This document shows, piece by piece, positions 25,099 through 35,289 of a stretch of 64,000 nucleotides of DNA (position 1 is its first letter; each line of letters begins with the position of its first letter). The translations under genes and the position numbers were made by a program. The notes under the pieces were generated by a model. That model was not told the origin of the DNA. It saw only the letters and a list, made by a program, of their open reading frames with translations, and ran no database searches. The stretch covers positions 11,036,001 through 11,100,000 of the forward strand of contig NW_024704755.1 of the NCBI RefSeq assembly GCF_018977255.1, read 5' to 3'. Source of the DNA: Callorhinchus milii. Taxonomy: Eukaryota.

Positions 25099-27239
25099 CC
25101 AGATAAACCAAAACTAAATAATCACAACTACGCATAATATTCCAGATGGAATTGATCAACACCCTATACAAAAAACATTCAGAATAGAACTGTACTCTAC
25201 CATTTGACTGTGCAAACTACGATAGTACTTTTTTCCCTGTTGCAAAAGGGAGTTATTTGAAGTCTGCTAGATGTGTCCATTGAATCATTCATTCTGTCAA
25301 TAATTGTCCCAAAGCAAACATTGAGGGAAGTAAACACTGGTTATCCTGAACACGAGCTCATCTGATTGTAACCTCACACAGTATATGCAGAGTATGTGTG
25401 GTCTTTACACTCAATAGGAAGCAAGGATCTGAAGTTCCCACTTTATTATGAAAACAGGAAAAGACCTCCAAAGTGAAGACTTTGACAGCCCCTCCTTTTG
25501 TTTTCCTTCGTTCTTTCCTGGTGTACTTTTAGTGTTAGTTTATGTGAGCTGAATAGTTGCTCTGTTTGAGATGAGTGGAAACCTCCATGGGGACTAGGTA
25601 AAGAGGCGTGATCATGGTTGTGAAGCAGGAAAAAAAACTACTATTATAGTTACTTCTACATGAGAAGGGAAACTGATGTACTGCCTACATGGCAGGTCTT
25701 CAGAGAATCCATAACATTTTATCAAACAAAGCTCCTTTTGTCTTACATGTTGACTAATCTTATGGATACAACTGAGAAACGCCTATTTGGATTTTGAACT
25801 AAATGGCCCACAAGAATTTGCAAACAGTTGTATGACTAAAGTATTCGCACCGCTAACGCAATCTTTACATAATTTTAATCCACTCTTCATTGTTCACTGG
25901 AGCACAATTTTCTTTCTTAGGTAAGAGTCTCTACCAGTAAATATTTTTACGCCTCGGTGTGAAAGGCATTGCAAAGGACTGTCGCATTATCTCAGATCAT
26001 TTCCAAAACAAACAATTCGACATTGATCCACTTTGCAGTCCTTTGAAAGACCAATGGTGTAGTTACACCTTCTGCTCTTTGATCTGATCTGATTTTGGGG
26101 CTCTATTGTTGTGCAGCAGCAGCTCTCTGGCGCCCCTGTCAGAAGGAGCTGGTAACTACAGTGAGTCGTTGAGTTGGGGGGGGGGGGGGGGGTTAAACCT
26201 TTATTGGTGACATTTGGCCAAAAAAAAGGTACATCTCCAAGAGAGAGAGAGAGAGAGTGAGAACAACAGCCATCTAACTACCCTGACCCGCCTCAGATAC
26301 TTGTAACAAGTCAACACGTGCAATATATCTGTTTATATTACAAATATATATATGCATATATATATATATATATGTGTGTATGTATATTAAAACGTACACA
26401 AACGCCCAAATGTCGAGAGCCCCTTTTTTTTTCCTGCCCTTTCATCTCTGCTTCCGAAATAAATCGCACCCGAATGAATGATGCGTTGCCATTTATTTGG
26501 GTTTTGCTGCACACAGTGCGGCGGCGCTTCAGTCGATGGGAAATCAAAACGAAAACACAAGGTATTCATTATAGATGAGTAAACGGGAGAAAGCGCGAGG
26601 AATAAATATCCAGATGAAAAGAGGGATAAGCCGATGAAGGCGGAGATATTTATTAAACAGCGAAGGCAAGTTTAAAAAAAAAGGGATGGGGAAGAGTTGG
26701 GGGGCTTTAACCCTTTCTTCCCTGCATTGGGATTTTGCAGAGAGAGACCAAATATTTCCTCTCTCTCTCTCTCTTTGGAGCCCCAGGACCTCTGTACACA
26801 AATCGTGGAATGAGACAACTGGGGGCTGGGAAGGAATTCAAATGAACCTAAAGATGTTGCAATCGTTGCTGAGTCGGAAAAAGGTACCCAGTTGTGATTT
26901 ATAAATTTGATAATTTATTTTAAAAAAGTAGCGTTCAAAAGACATCACTGATACACACACACACGTATATATATATAGACACAGAGAGAGAGACACAGAC
27001 ACGTTTAGAGGATTCACAGTCTGTGTTAAAAGTTTGAAGCTGTTCGAAAGGCGAACGAACTTACACCTCAAGTGAAAATCCTGCGACGCTCTCGTTATTG
27101 GGAACATATTTCCCCCCAAAACTGTGACCAGTTTTTTTTTATATAATTGGACCCGAACAGTTCGCTCCCAGTGATGAGCGGAAACTTTGTCCGGTGGATC
27201 TCAGCTCAGAGGCAAATTCTTTTCGGTGTAAGTCGTTGG

Positions 27240-27450
27240 TTAAACAAGTCCCAATTTCCATTTGTTAATTGATGCAATTACGCATCGCTCGTAATGGCAC
27301 GTCGGTCTCAAGGCAGCCATCAATCACCCACCATTGACCTGTCAAAGCCATACATTCATTTCTTTGGGGACCAGTTCTGGCTCTAATAGAGAAAAATGGA
27401 TACATCATCATCATTAATTAGTGACTGGCCCTTTGGCCATGGATCGGACG
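27240..27450. promoter_or_regulatory. Candidate enhancer with Pbx-Hox plus Meis/Prep sites
   Basis: CCATCAATCA (TGATTGATGG on -) at 27317-27326 and CTGTCA (TGACAG on -) at 27339-27344, plus TAATT cores, in unique sequence between microsatellites. Confidence 0.5.
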
Positions 27451-27456
27451 GTTTTG

Positions 27457-27487
<31 letters not shown>

Positions 27488-27490
27488 GGA
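27457..27490. repeat. (GA)n microsatellite
   Basis: Seen directly. Confidence 0.9.
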
Positions 27491-27629
27491 GGACACCCAG
27501 AGGCTCTGCTTCCATCTCTGATTATTAACTGTAGTCAGTTGGAGAGGTTAAACAAAGTCTCTCTTGGGTGCTCTGCACCTCCCTCGCCTGTTCTGTGTCA
27601 GCCTGCACTTTAATTTATTGCGTTTCTGC

Positions 27630-27692
27630 ACCCACACCCCCCCCCCCCCCCACACACACACACACACACCCACACACCCACACACACCCCCA
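27630..27692. repeat. Poly-C/(CA)n compound microsatellite
   Basis: Seen directly. Confidence 0.9.
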
Positions 27693-28435
27693 ACACTTTT
27701 TTTTTTGATTTTCATTTTGTTTGACGCGCTGAGAGAAGTTTGTTTTGGGTTCACTGAGGAAGAACCACAAGGAGACGTGATCGGATGCGAAATAAGACTG
27801 TTAATGAGAAAGTGGTCATAATTAGGAACTCGCACACACACACACACGCACACGCACACAAATAACAGTTGTGTGGCCCAGATTTGTTTTGCAGTGGAAT
27901 ATTGACCCAAGGCGCACGTAAGGTTTGAACTATTGCATTTACCAGCCCCCCCCCCACCACCACCACCACCACCCCCACTTCAAAGTATTCGTCATTAAGA
28001 TCATGGCGATTTTTAGGGAAGAAAAAATTGCTTTCTTGAAAAAAAAGAGAGACATTGATCCTATTAGGAATTTGATTGCATTAACAATAATAAGAGGTCA
28101 AGACACAAGCTGCTAAAAGATGCAACGCCACCGAACATAATAGATCCAAACAAGTGGCAACTCCACTTTAAGATGCGGGGTGTTGGGGAGGGGTGGTGGG
28201 GGGGGGGAAGATTTTAAGTGATCCCATTGTAATTTAAATGGATTAAAGTTAATTATGTCCAGATAATATATCCTCCACGTTGAGTTGTGGCAATTAAGGC
28301 GTTGTAACACGTGCTCTGAGATAGTAATAATAATACTACTAATAAAAAAAACTACAACGTTTGAACGCTGCGACAACCTTTTCAGTTCACCTAAAACATT
28401 ATGTTGTTGGGGGTGACCTTTAAAATTTCTGGTGC

Positions 28436-28482
28436 ATATATATATATATATATATATATTTGTGTGTGTGTGTGTGTGTGTG
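28436..28482. repeat. (TA)n(TG)n compound microsatellite upstream of the promoter
   Basis: Seen directly. Confidence 0.9.
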
Positions 28483-28599
28483 CAACGTTGTTGTAAGGAA
28501 TGACAACAAACACAAGGTCCCAAGCACTCGACGAGCGGTCGACGCACATCAAGAAGCGACCAGAGAACATCTGAAAACAAGTGTTGAGTGCATCTAAGA

Positions 28600-28760
28600 A
28601 TATTAGATGTTAAATATGATTGGCAAAGACATTATTATATCCTTTCTGTCATGTCGATTCGGGATTACCGTGACGTCACTTTGATACACTTCCATGGATG
28701 AATTGCTAAAGAACTATAGAGAGCAGCAAATAATACAACTGGCAGACTCTATATCTTGCA
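28600..28760 (+). promoter_or_regulatory. Putative irx6 proximal promoter
   Basis: Reverse CCAAT (TGATTGGC 28617-28624), K50 homeodomain site GGATTA (28662-28667), palindromic CRE GTGACGTCAC (28670-28679) and a weak TATA-like TATAGAG near 28715, 250-400 nt upstream of the ATG in CpG-rich sequence. The TSS is not determined. Confidence 0.5.
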
Positions 28761-28994
28761 AGACTTCCGTTATGTCTTTTTAACCCTCTTCGGCTAAATG
28801 TAATCGATATATTTTTTTTTGCCTCGAGATGTGCACCTCGAGATAAGCTTTGAACTTGGCCCGTTCGGGTTGCTTAAAGCTTTAACAGCGAAATCATCTA
28901 TTATTGAAGCAAAGGCCATGCGTGGAAATTTCTGGGGTAGAAGGTACAGCTTGAAGTTGGTTTGGTAACCATCGATCAGAGAGAAATATTGCCT

Positions 28995-29060
28995 ATGGTA
29001 ACAAAAGGAGCAGCGATGTCCTTCCCTCAGTTCGGATACCCATACAACGCGACTTCACAG
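28995..29060 (+). CDS. irx6: irx6 coding exon 1 ([22 protein letters not shown]); ATGs at 28995 and 29016
   Basis: Irx-type N-terminal peptide ending at strong donor CAG|GTAAGG (29061), phase 0. Confidence 0.9.
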
Positions 29061-30503
29061 GTAAGGGATGAGCAGCGATTAGCGATTAGCGCTCCTCTAA
29101 CCTGGACTTTCCGTTCACACTGTCATTCTTCCAAACCGTTTAAGTGCCACTGCTGTTACCCATTTCTTTACGCTTACAGCAAAGTAATAGTTTCCCCAGT
29201 TCCCTTCGATGAGGTCTTATTTTGCACGCTCCAGTAACTTATTTCCTCTCGGTCTTACTGAAAACGTGCAAATGTTGTGTGTTTTTTTGCGCGACTTGCA
29301 CGTTATTCTGCAGGCGTGCTTCATTCAGCCTGTTAATATTTATTAGAACTTATTAATTGACTTCTGTGCTGCACCCACAGTGAGTTACCCGGTTTTGTAC
29401 ACTCGCCACGGAATTTGCTGTGGTTTCGCCAGGCGTTAGCCTTGCTCGTTTTATTTGCATAGTATCGATTACACCGTTTCCTTCCTGCTCTGCAGTTATT
29501 CGGTGTTGTGGGTTTATTAGATTTACTATGTTATTATTTACCTCGTTCACTGCTTAGCACCCCGTTTCCTGCAATCGGTTCGATTCCCCCAACTCCAACG
29601 CTCCTGTATTATTGATGCTATTTTATTATTTATTTGCCTATTTGGATATAGTACAATATTTGTTCCCTAATTCTCATTCTTTTCGGTGTACTTTTCGAAG
29701 AGTGCTTTTACTTTTGGAATGCGTTTAGTCCTTTTCTATAAGCATGGATCTGAAGACATCCCTGTTTATTGGGTTCAGTAAATTATCGCATTCCTTTCAA
29801 TAATGTATACGTGCAGCTTTTATTTGCACACATGCAAAGCGTAACGTCTCAAAATGCAAAGTGAACTATCACTCTGCTCTCCCTATATCTTCAGCCGGTT
29901 GAAATTCCACTTGGTGCTTATTTTTCTACCGTTTATCTTGAATGGAGTTGTCTTGAAGGCATCTCGACTGCCGCATCCTACCCTGTCATTTCCAAATCTT
30001 CACATGTTTAATTTGCTGATCGTGTTCCTGTGGATTGACGGTTGCTTCTCCCTCTCTCTCTCTCTTACTCTCTTTCCATCTCTCCCTCTCTCTCTTTCTC
30101 GCTTTCTTTCTCTGTTCAGTTTTTCGTGTCAGCAAGTCCCAGCTCGACGTGTTGCGAATCCGGCTCCAGAACTGGATCTGAAGGCTCTACAGGGGCGGCC
30201 CAGGCTGCCATTTGCTGTCCTTCCTATGATAACAGACTGCTGGCCAACGCCAGGACTGAGATCAACGCAGCTGCTGCGGCTCTGGGCATGTACAGCTCTC
30301 CCTATGCAACTGCAGCCAGCCAGAGCTATGGGAACTACCTTACATACAGCACAGACCCCTCTGCTCTCTACTCCTCACTGGTGAGTAGACAGACAGCCAT
30401 GGGAACAAAAGGACGCTTTCCTTCCTTCTTGTAAGACAGTCATATCCCATCTGCCAAAGCCGCCCACGTTATCAACTGCGGTAAAACTTTTAACTATTTT
30501 GTG

Positions 30504-30534
<31 letters not shown>

Positions 30535-33500
30535 CATCCCTCCCTCCTCCTCCTCCCCCCCTGCAGAATTCCCAGTATGAAATTAAAGATGGCACTGGGA
30601 GTTTGCACTCGGGAATAGCTCAACCAGCTGCCTACTATCCATACGATCATTCCTTGGGGCAGTATCAGTACGACAGGTAAGAAGCCCTTTGATCTTGGCA
30701 GATAATATCAATCACAGCCAACATCAAAAAGTTGCTTGAAGAAAGCTACTTCCCTCTTTTATATCTAAAAAAAATCTGGAGATAAAATGTATTTTTATTG
30801 ATCGCTGTTTTGCCATCTACTGTCTGTGAAATGCCTGTGCACTTGTGTGCGTGTGTGTGTTTTTTTTTAAAAATAAATAAAAGTGCTGATCTGGGGTGGG
30901 GGGGTTGGGGGTTGATTTTATTCGTGTCTCAGGTACGGTACCATGGACTTCAATGGCTCGACTCGACGAAAAAATGCGACTCGAGAAACCACAAGCACTC
31001 TGAAGACTTGGTTGTACGAGCACAGGAAGAACCCCTACCCCACCAAAGGCGAGAAAATCATGTTGGCCATCATCACCAAAATGACTCTGACTCAAGTGTC
31101 CACCTGGTTCGCCAACGCCAGGAGGAGGTTGAAGAAGGAGAACAAAATGACCTGGTCACCCAGAAACAAAGGGGGAGACGAGAAAAAGGAGGAGGGCGAG
31201 AAGAGGGATGAAGAGGAATACGACACAGATAACGGTGAGATTTTGCGAGCTGACTAACTACCTGTGTGTAAAAAAAAATGTTTGCCAACGAATAGGAAAT
31301 GCAGTGAAACTACTTGGACTTTGCCAAACTCCCAACTTGGTAAATTCCCGAACGCGATGCCAGTGGATTTCACTGAAACAAGCGCAGCGGTCAGGGCAAC
31401 ACGGGGACACATGCAGAAGAGTTTCAGACACCTAATGCAGAGTAGAGTGATGATAATTTGAATGCTAATCTGAACAAAAGTACGTATCCTGTGCGCGTTG
31501 CAGTCGTGTTAACCCGAAGACCGCAAAGTCTCCAGCTATGACCGCGGTTCAAGGGTATGTATTGTATTGCGGGGGAGGGGTGGGGTGGGGGGTGGGAGTT
31601 GGTGGAGTTGNTTTTGAGCATCTTATTGAAACCAGGTAAACTTATCGAGCTCACCTGTGCAGCCATTGCCTGCACAGGTGTGTGTTAACTGACGTGGCGG
31701 ATGTTCTGCAATGTTTCACAACAGATCCAAAGGAATGCAGGGAGGAGAAGGAGTTGAGGCTGAGCGACCTGGACGATTTGGAAGACGATGAGCCGGAGGA
31801 GAAACTTGAGAGCGACCAGGACAAGCCACCAACCGGCCTGGGTCTGAGGAGAGGGCTGGTGGAGACTGAGAAAACTGACTGCAACGTGTCGCCTCCGAGC
31901 GACCATCACACCTTCTGCTCGAGGAACACTTCCACCCTGGAATCCGAGTTCCTGGAGACTATTGCAAACAAGCCAACTGTTTCTGTGACAGCCCCCCCCA
32001 GCCTGCCCCAGCGCTTTGAGACGGCAGAGAAGCCAAGGATTTGGTCTCTGGCGCACACGGCGGCTTCTCACGCCTTGGTGGCTTCTCAGCTGGACCAGCC
32101 CCGGACAGGGAGATACTGCTCGGACGCCAGGCCGGCCCATGGCTCGGGGAGCCACCAGGCAGACGATGGGATTGCTCTTGGAGACTCTTCGCAAGCAGCT
32201 CAGATCCTGAGAACTTCTGCTTTCAACTTGCAAACGCTTGTGGCCACGGGTCAACTGCACTGCGCTTCCTACCCCGTGCTGGACAACTGCCAGTTCACGA
32301 CAGGGTCTGAAGGTATCTGAGTCTTCACATCACTCACTCAACTCACATCACTCTCTCTCTCTCTCACTCTCTCACTCACATCACTCTCTCACTCACTCTC
32401 TCCAGCAACACAACTTGAAATGTTCACGATCCCAAAAGCGACCGCAGCTTGAAAAGCCACATTGTCACCAAACTCAGCGCTCTTTTCTGACAAATGATGC
32501 TTTATTTTCTGGCAATAACTAAAGTCAGACACTCCCGGTGGTTATAGGGCAAACGTGATATAGATTAGGAACGGTGGTTGAGTCCTTTTGAAATCGCACT
32601 GCACTGATACGACGCTTTCAAAGGTGCCATTCTTTCAAAACTTTCCGAATTGTATTTCGTCTGGTGGGTGTTGCGTTAGAATTAAAACAAAGTCCCCCCC
32701 CCCCCCCCAAAAAAAAAAAAAACATCTACCTTTGCTGGGTGATGGGGAAAGGGTGGATTGAGACAGGGTGGGGGAGGAGGTGGGTGTGGGGGGAGAGGGG
32801 AGAGAAAGCAAGTCAAGTCATTTTACAAGGCACTTTATTAAAGGGGTTCTGCATATTCCTGAGTACCTCAACTGCGGGGCGTAAACACAGTGCAAACCGG
32901 ATTGTATTTTCCAGGATTTTTGAGAAATGTGAAATCTGATCTGGGATCAGCAGATATTAGTGAGGCGTGTCTTTTACATCAGCAAGAGAAAGTGCGAACG
33001 GCCTTCAGACCTGTGCTGAAGAGGTGAGGTAGGTGACCTGATTCCCTTCTCACAATTCAGTTTGACGGGGGGGGGGGGGGGTTTATAGAAACCTGGGTTT
33101 CGGGCCAAATACTGTCCGATTCAACCCTCCCAACAATAATTGCATCGCCTGTAATACATTTCAATCCTTCCCATTGCAGACAAAGGTAGGCCCGCCCGCA
33201 TTATGGCTGCAATGGAGTTTGAAAAGAGCTTCACGTTATTGGCTGAAGTTCTTCCAAACACATCCTGCAAATCAGTGGTTGTTTTTTTTGTTGTTGTTGT
33301 TGTTGTTGTTATTCTGGCAAATAACTTTTGGCCTTTGTTCCCAATGCATTTTTTTTTTTTGCTTCTCTCTTTCCTTATTTGGCATCTGAAAAAAAATTGG
33401 TTGGTGTGTCTACCAGTTAGTTGCACACTATTATATACTGCATACAGTATTATGTACTGGTAGATTACGAGTAGTTGGTAATGTACTGGTATCAGTTTAA

Positions 33501-33669
33501 GCACAGATGGCATAAGAGGCAGCAAGAAGGCTGGGCATTTGGTGAAGCGCACCTCTAATTGTGTGTCGTTCTCTCTTTTTTTCATCCCCCAGGTTTGTTT
33601 AACGCTGTGCCACACCGTAAGCCCAGGCGAACCTGCACAACTCCTTTATTTTATGCACTAATGATCTGA
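29016..33669 (+). CDS. irx6: Iroquois homeobox protein 6 (TALE class), spliced CDS join(29016-29060,30120-30380,30567-30676,30933-31234,31725-32312,33593-33669), about 460 aa
   Basis: Six GT-AG bounded exons join in frame (1383 nt including stop). The N-terminus [46 protein letters not shown], the Irx homeodomain, [11 protein letters not shown] and the IRO box [12 protein letters not shown] match Irx4/6-group proteins. MSF start, [13 protein letters not shown] after the homeodomain, LRLSDL and the SLAHTA context favour Irx6 over Irx4. The last exon is less certain. Confidence 0.9.
30120..30380 (+). CDS. irx6: irx6 coding exon 2 ([14 protein letters not shown]...DPSALYSSL)
   Basis: Long CT tract plus TTCAG acceptor, donor CTG|GTGAGT, 261 nt, phase 0-0; [10 protein letters not shown] and ALGMYSSPY are Irx4/6 motifs. 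Confidence 0.93.
30567..30676 (+). CDS. irx6: irx6 coding exon 3 ([37 protein letters not shown])
   Basis: Pyrimidine tract plus CTGCAG acceptor, donor CAG|GTAAGA, 110 nt; translated by hand because it is too short for the ORF track. Confidence 0.93.
30933..31234 (+). CDS. irx6: irx6 coding exon 4, TALE homeodomain (about 30955-31143)
   Basis: [64 protein letters not shown] is the Iroquois homeodomain (PYP loop, WFANARR). Acceptor TCTCAG, donor ACG|GTGAGA. Confidence 0.97.
31725..32312 (+). CDS. irx6: irx6 coding exon 5, acidic tract and IRO box ([11 protein letters not shown] at 32030-32062)
   Basis: Acceptor ACAACAG, phase 1 compatible with exon 4, contained in ORF 31682-32320. Ends at weak donor AAG|GTATCT or reads through to TGA at 32318-32320. 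Confidence 0.92.
33593..33669 (+). CDS. irx6: Probable irx6 terminal coding exon 6 ([25 protein letters not shown]), followed by a 3' UTR to about 34335
   Basis: Branch-like CTAAT, strong pyrimidine tract and CCCCAG acceptor; in phase with the exon 5 donor; AATAAA downstream. Confidence 0.6.
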
Positions 33670-33679
33670 CAATACACTG

Positions 33680-33702
33680 GAGAGAGAGAGAGAGAGAGAG
33701 AG
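33680..33702. repeat. (GA)n microsatellite in the putative 3' UTR
   Basis: Seen directly. Confidence 0.9.
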
Positions 33703-34310
33703 AAAAAAATGAAACAGGACTCAGATACTTCCCAGCACTCGCATTGAAATCTGACGTGGTTCATTTTTCTTTTTTTAAAATATATATATATATATTATAT
33801 ATATACACACACACACACACAAAAAAAGAAAAACACAGCGGTCAAGGAATCTGCTCCAACTCAGAAAACGTTGCTTCCGACCATATTATGTCATGCACGA
33901 ACTCGTTTTGATCTGCTCAAGAAGGGGAGAAAAAAAATCATGTATCCGAATCAGTAGAGAGACTGTGGGAAACTAATATGCTATATACCTTCTAATTATT
34001 AAAGCACTGGAAATGTTTGCCGCACAAATGGACATTATTTTCTTCCCTTGTATGTTTTTAATTTGACTATGTTTAAAGTGAAACACGTTGTTTAAAACGC
34101 GAGGTCTTGTTACATTTTACTTTTTTTTTGGTGGGGGGGGGGGGGGCGTGGGGGGGGGGGTCGCATTCGATGTGTGTCTGTGTTTCACATTGAGAGATTC
34201 TTATATTTAACCCGTTTCTTAAAAATTTACAGTTGAGTTTTTTTTAAAAAAAGGATATAAACAAAAACACCCACTTTTTTTTTTGTTCCTTTTGTGCTCT
34301 GTGAAATGTG

Positions 34311-34316
34311 AATAAA
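34311..34316 (+). terminator. Polyadenylation signal of irx6
   Basis: AATAAA with U-rich sequence upstream and a GU-rich tract (GTGTATATGTTGATGGTTGTG) about 20-40 nt downstream. Confidence 0.7.
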
Positions 34317-35188
34317 GTACATTTGTCAAACCCGTGTATATGTTGATGGTTGTGCAAACTGCAAAGTCATGGCGGTCTATTTAAACATATTGGAGGTAAT
34401 GTTTTATTATGTAATTAAATGAAATCACACCGACTGCTGGAAAACGTTGCACAGCTATTTTGTTCGTGTAATGCAATGTTTTCAGAGGTCAACATTAAAA
34501 CCTTTTTTTTCCGTTTGGAGAGCAGCTGGAGATGTCTGTTATTTGGCAATCCTCGCGAATTCATTCGCGATGAGAGGAGTGAGTCCGGGGAAAGAAAACA
34601 AAAAACCTTTCCACTCGAATCTCCGGTCTCAATAAAAACCGAGCACCGCTTTCAAAGGATTTTGCAAACAAGTTTGCCCGAGTTGCAACAACGATCATCC
34701 CAACATTTTTTTTTAAACGAAGCAGCGGACGCCTCTGGAAGTAGACGGGTTCAACTTAAAGAGTAATCAATTCAAGAAGTTTCCCAGAAAACGTTACGAT
34801 TATTTGCTCCTTAATTGGCAAAACGCAGGGCATTTTGCTCCTGGCAGGTTACAGCTCAGTCGAGGGAACGTTATTGCACACTTTATAAAACAAGAGAACC
34901 GAAGCGACAAGGTTTTTTTCCCCCCATTGTTTGCCATTGATGAGGGTTGACACTCCCGCTCGGATGGTGTTCATTAGAATAAAAGAGGCGGAGATAAGAG
35001 TCGGAGAAGCGACTCCCTTTGTTCCTGTGCGTAAAAGAAAGTAGCAATGGTGTAGTGGTTTAAGTGTGTGCCGTGAGGTTTTGTGTGGATTGGGTGAGAT
35101 TCGCAGCAGCAGCCTGGCTTTCGAGTTTTGAGATATATACACACACCATATATATTGTATAATATATATCATAGTTTATATATCATAA

Positions 35189-35289
35189 AATAGTATGTAT
35201 ATATACACACTATATATACACACCATATATACACACTATATATACATACACTATATATATACACTATATAAACACACTATATATATACT
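35189..35289. repeat. Minisatellite, about 7 copies of a 13-bp unit ATATATACACACT
   Basis: Units read directly, with 11-15 nt variants. Confidence 0.85.

Noticed and set aside
26120-26145. CTCF-like GGCGCCCCTGTCAG
   Set aside because: The spacing is one base short of the core consensus.
27548-28580. ORFs with poly-His/Pro or VCVC tracts
   Set aside because: They are translations of (CAC)n, (CA)n and (TA)n microsatellites.
31685-32260. 191-aa antisense ORF and other alternative-frame ORFs over irx6 exons (29854-30384, 30798-31211)
   Set aside because: These are shadows of GC-rich coding sequence and CT tracts, with no domain similarity.
33121-33615. 164-aa minus ORF and overlapping hydrophobic plus ORFs
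   Set aside because: These are intronic low-complexity (GTT)n/poly-T sequence.
29016-33669. Assignment as irx4
   Set aside because: It belongs to the same paralogy group, but the MSF start, QYEIKD, KGGDE after the homeodomain, LRLSDL and the short C-terminus fit Irx6 better. A phylogeny would be decisive.
35189-35289. CRISPR-like periodicity
   Set aside because: It is a spacerless TA/CA-derived minisatellite in eukaryotic DNA.
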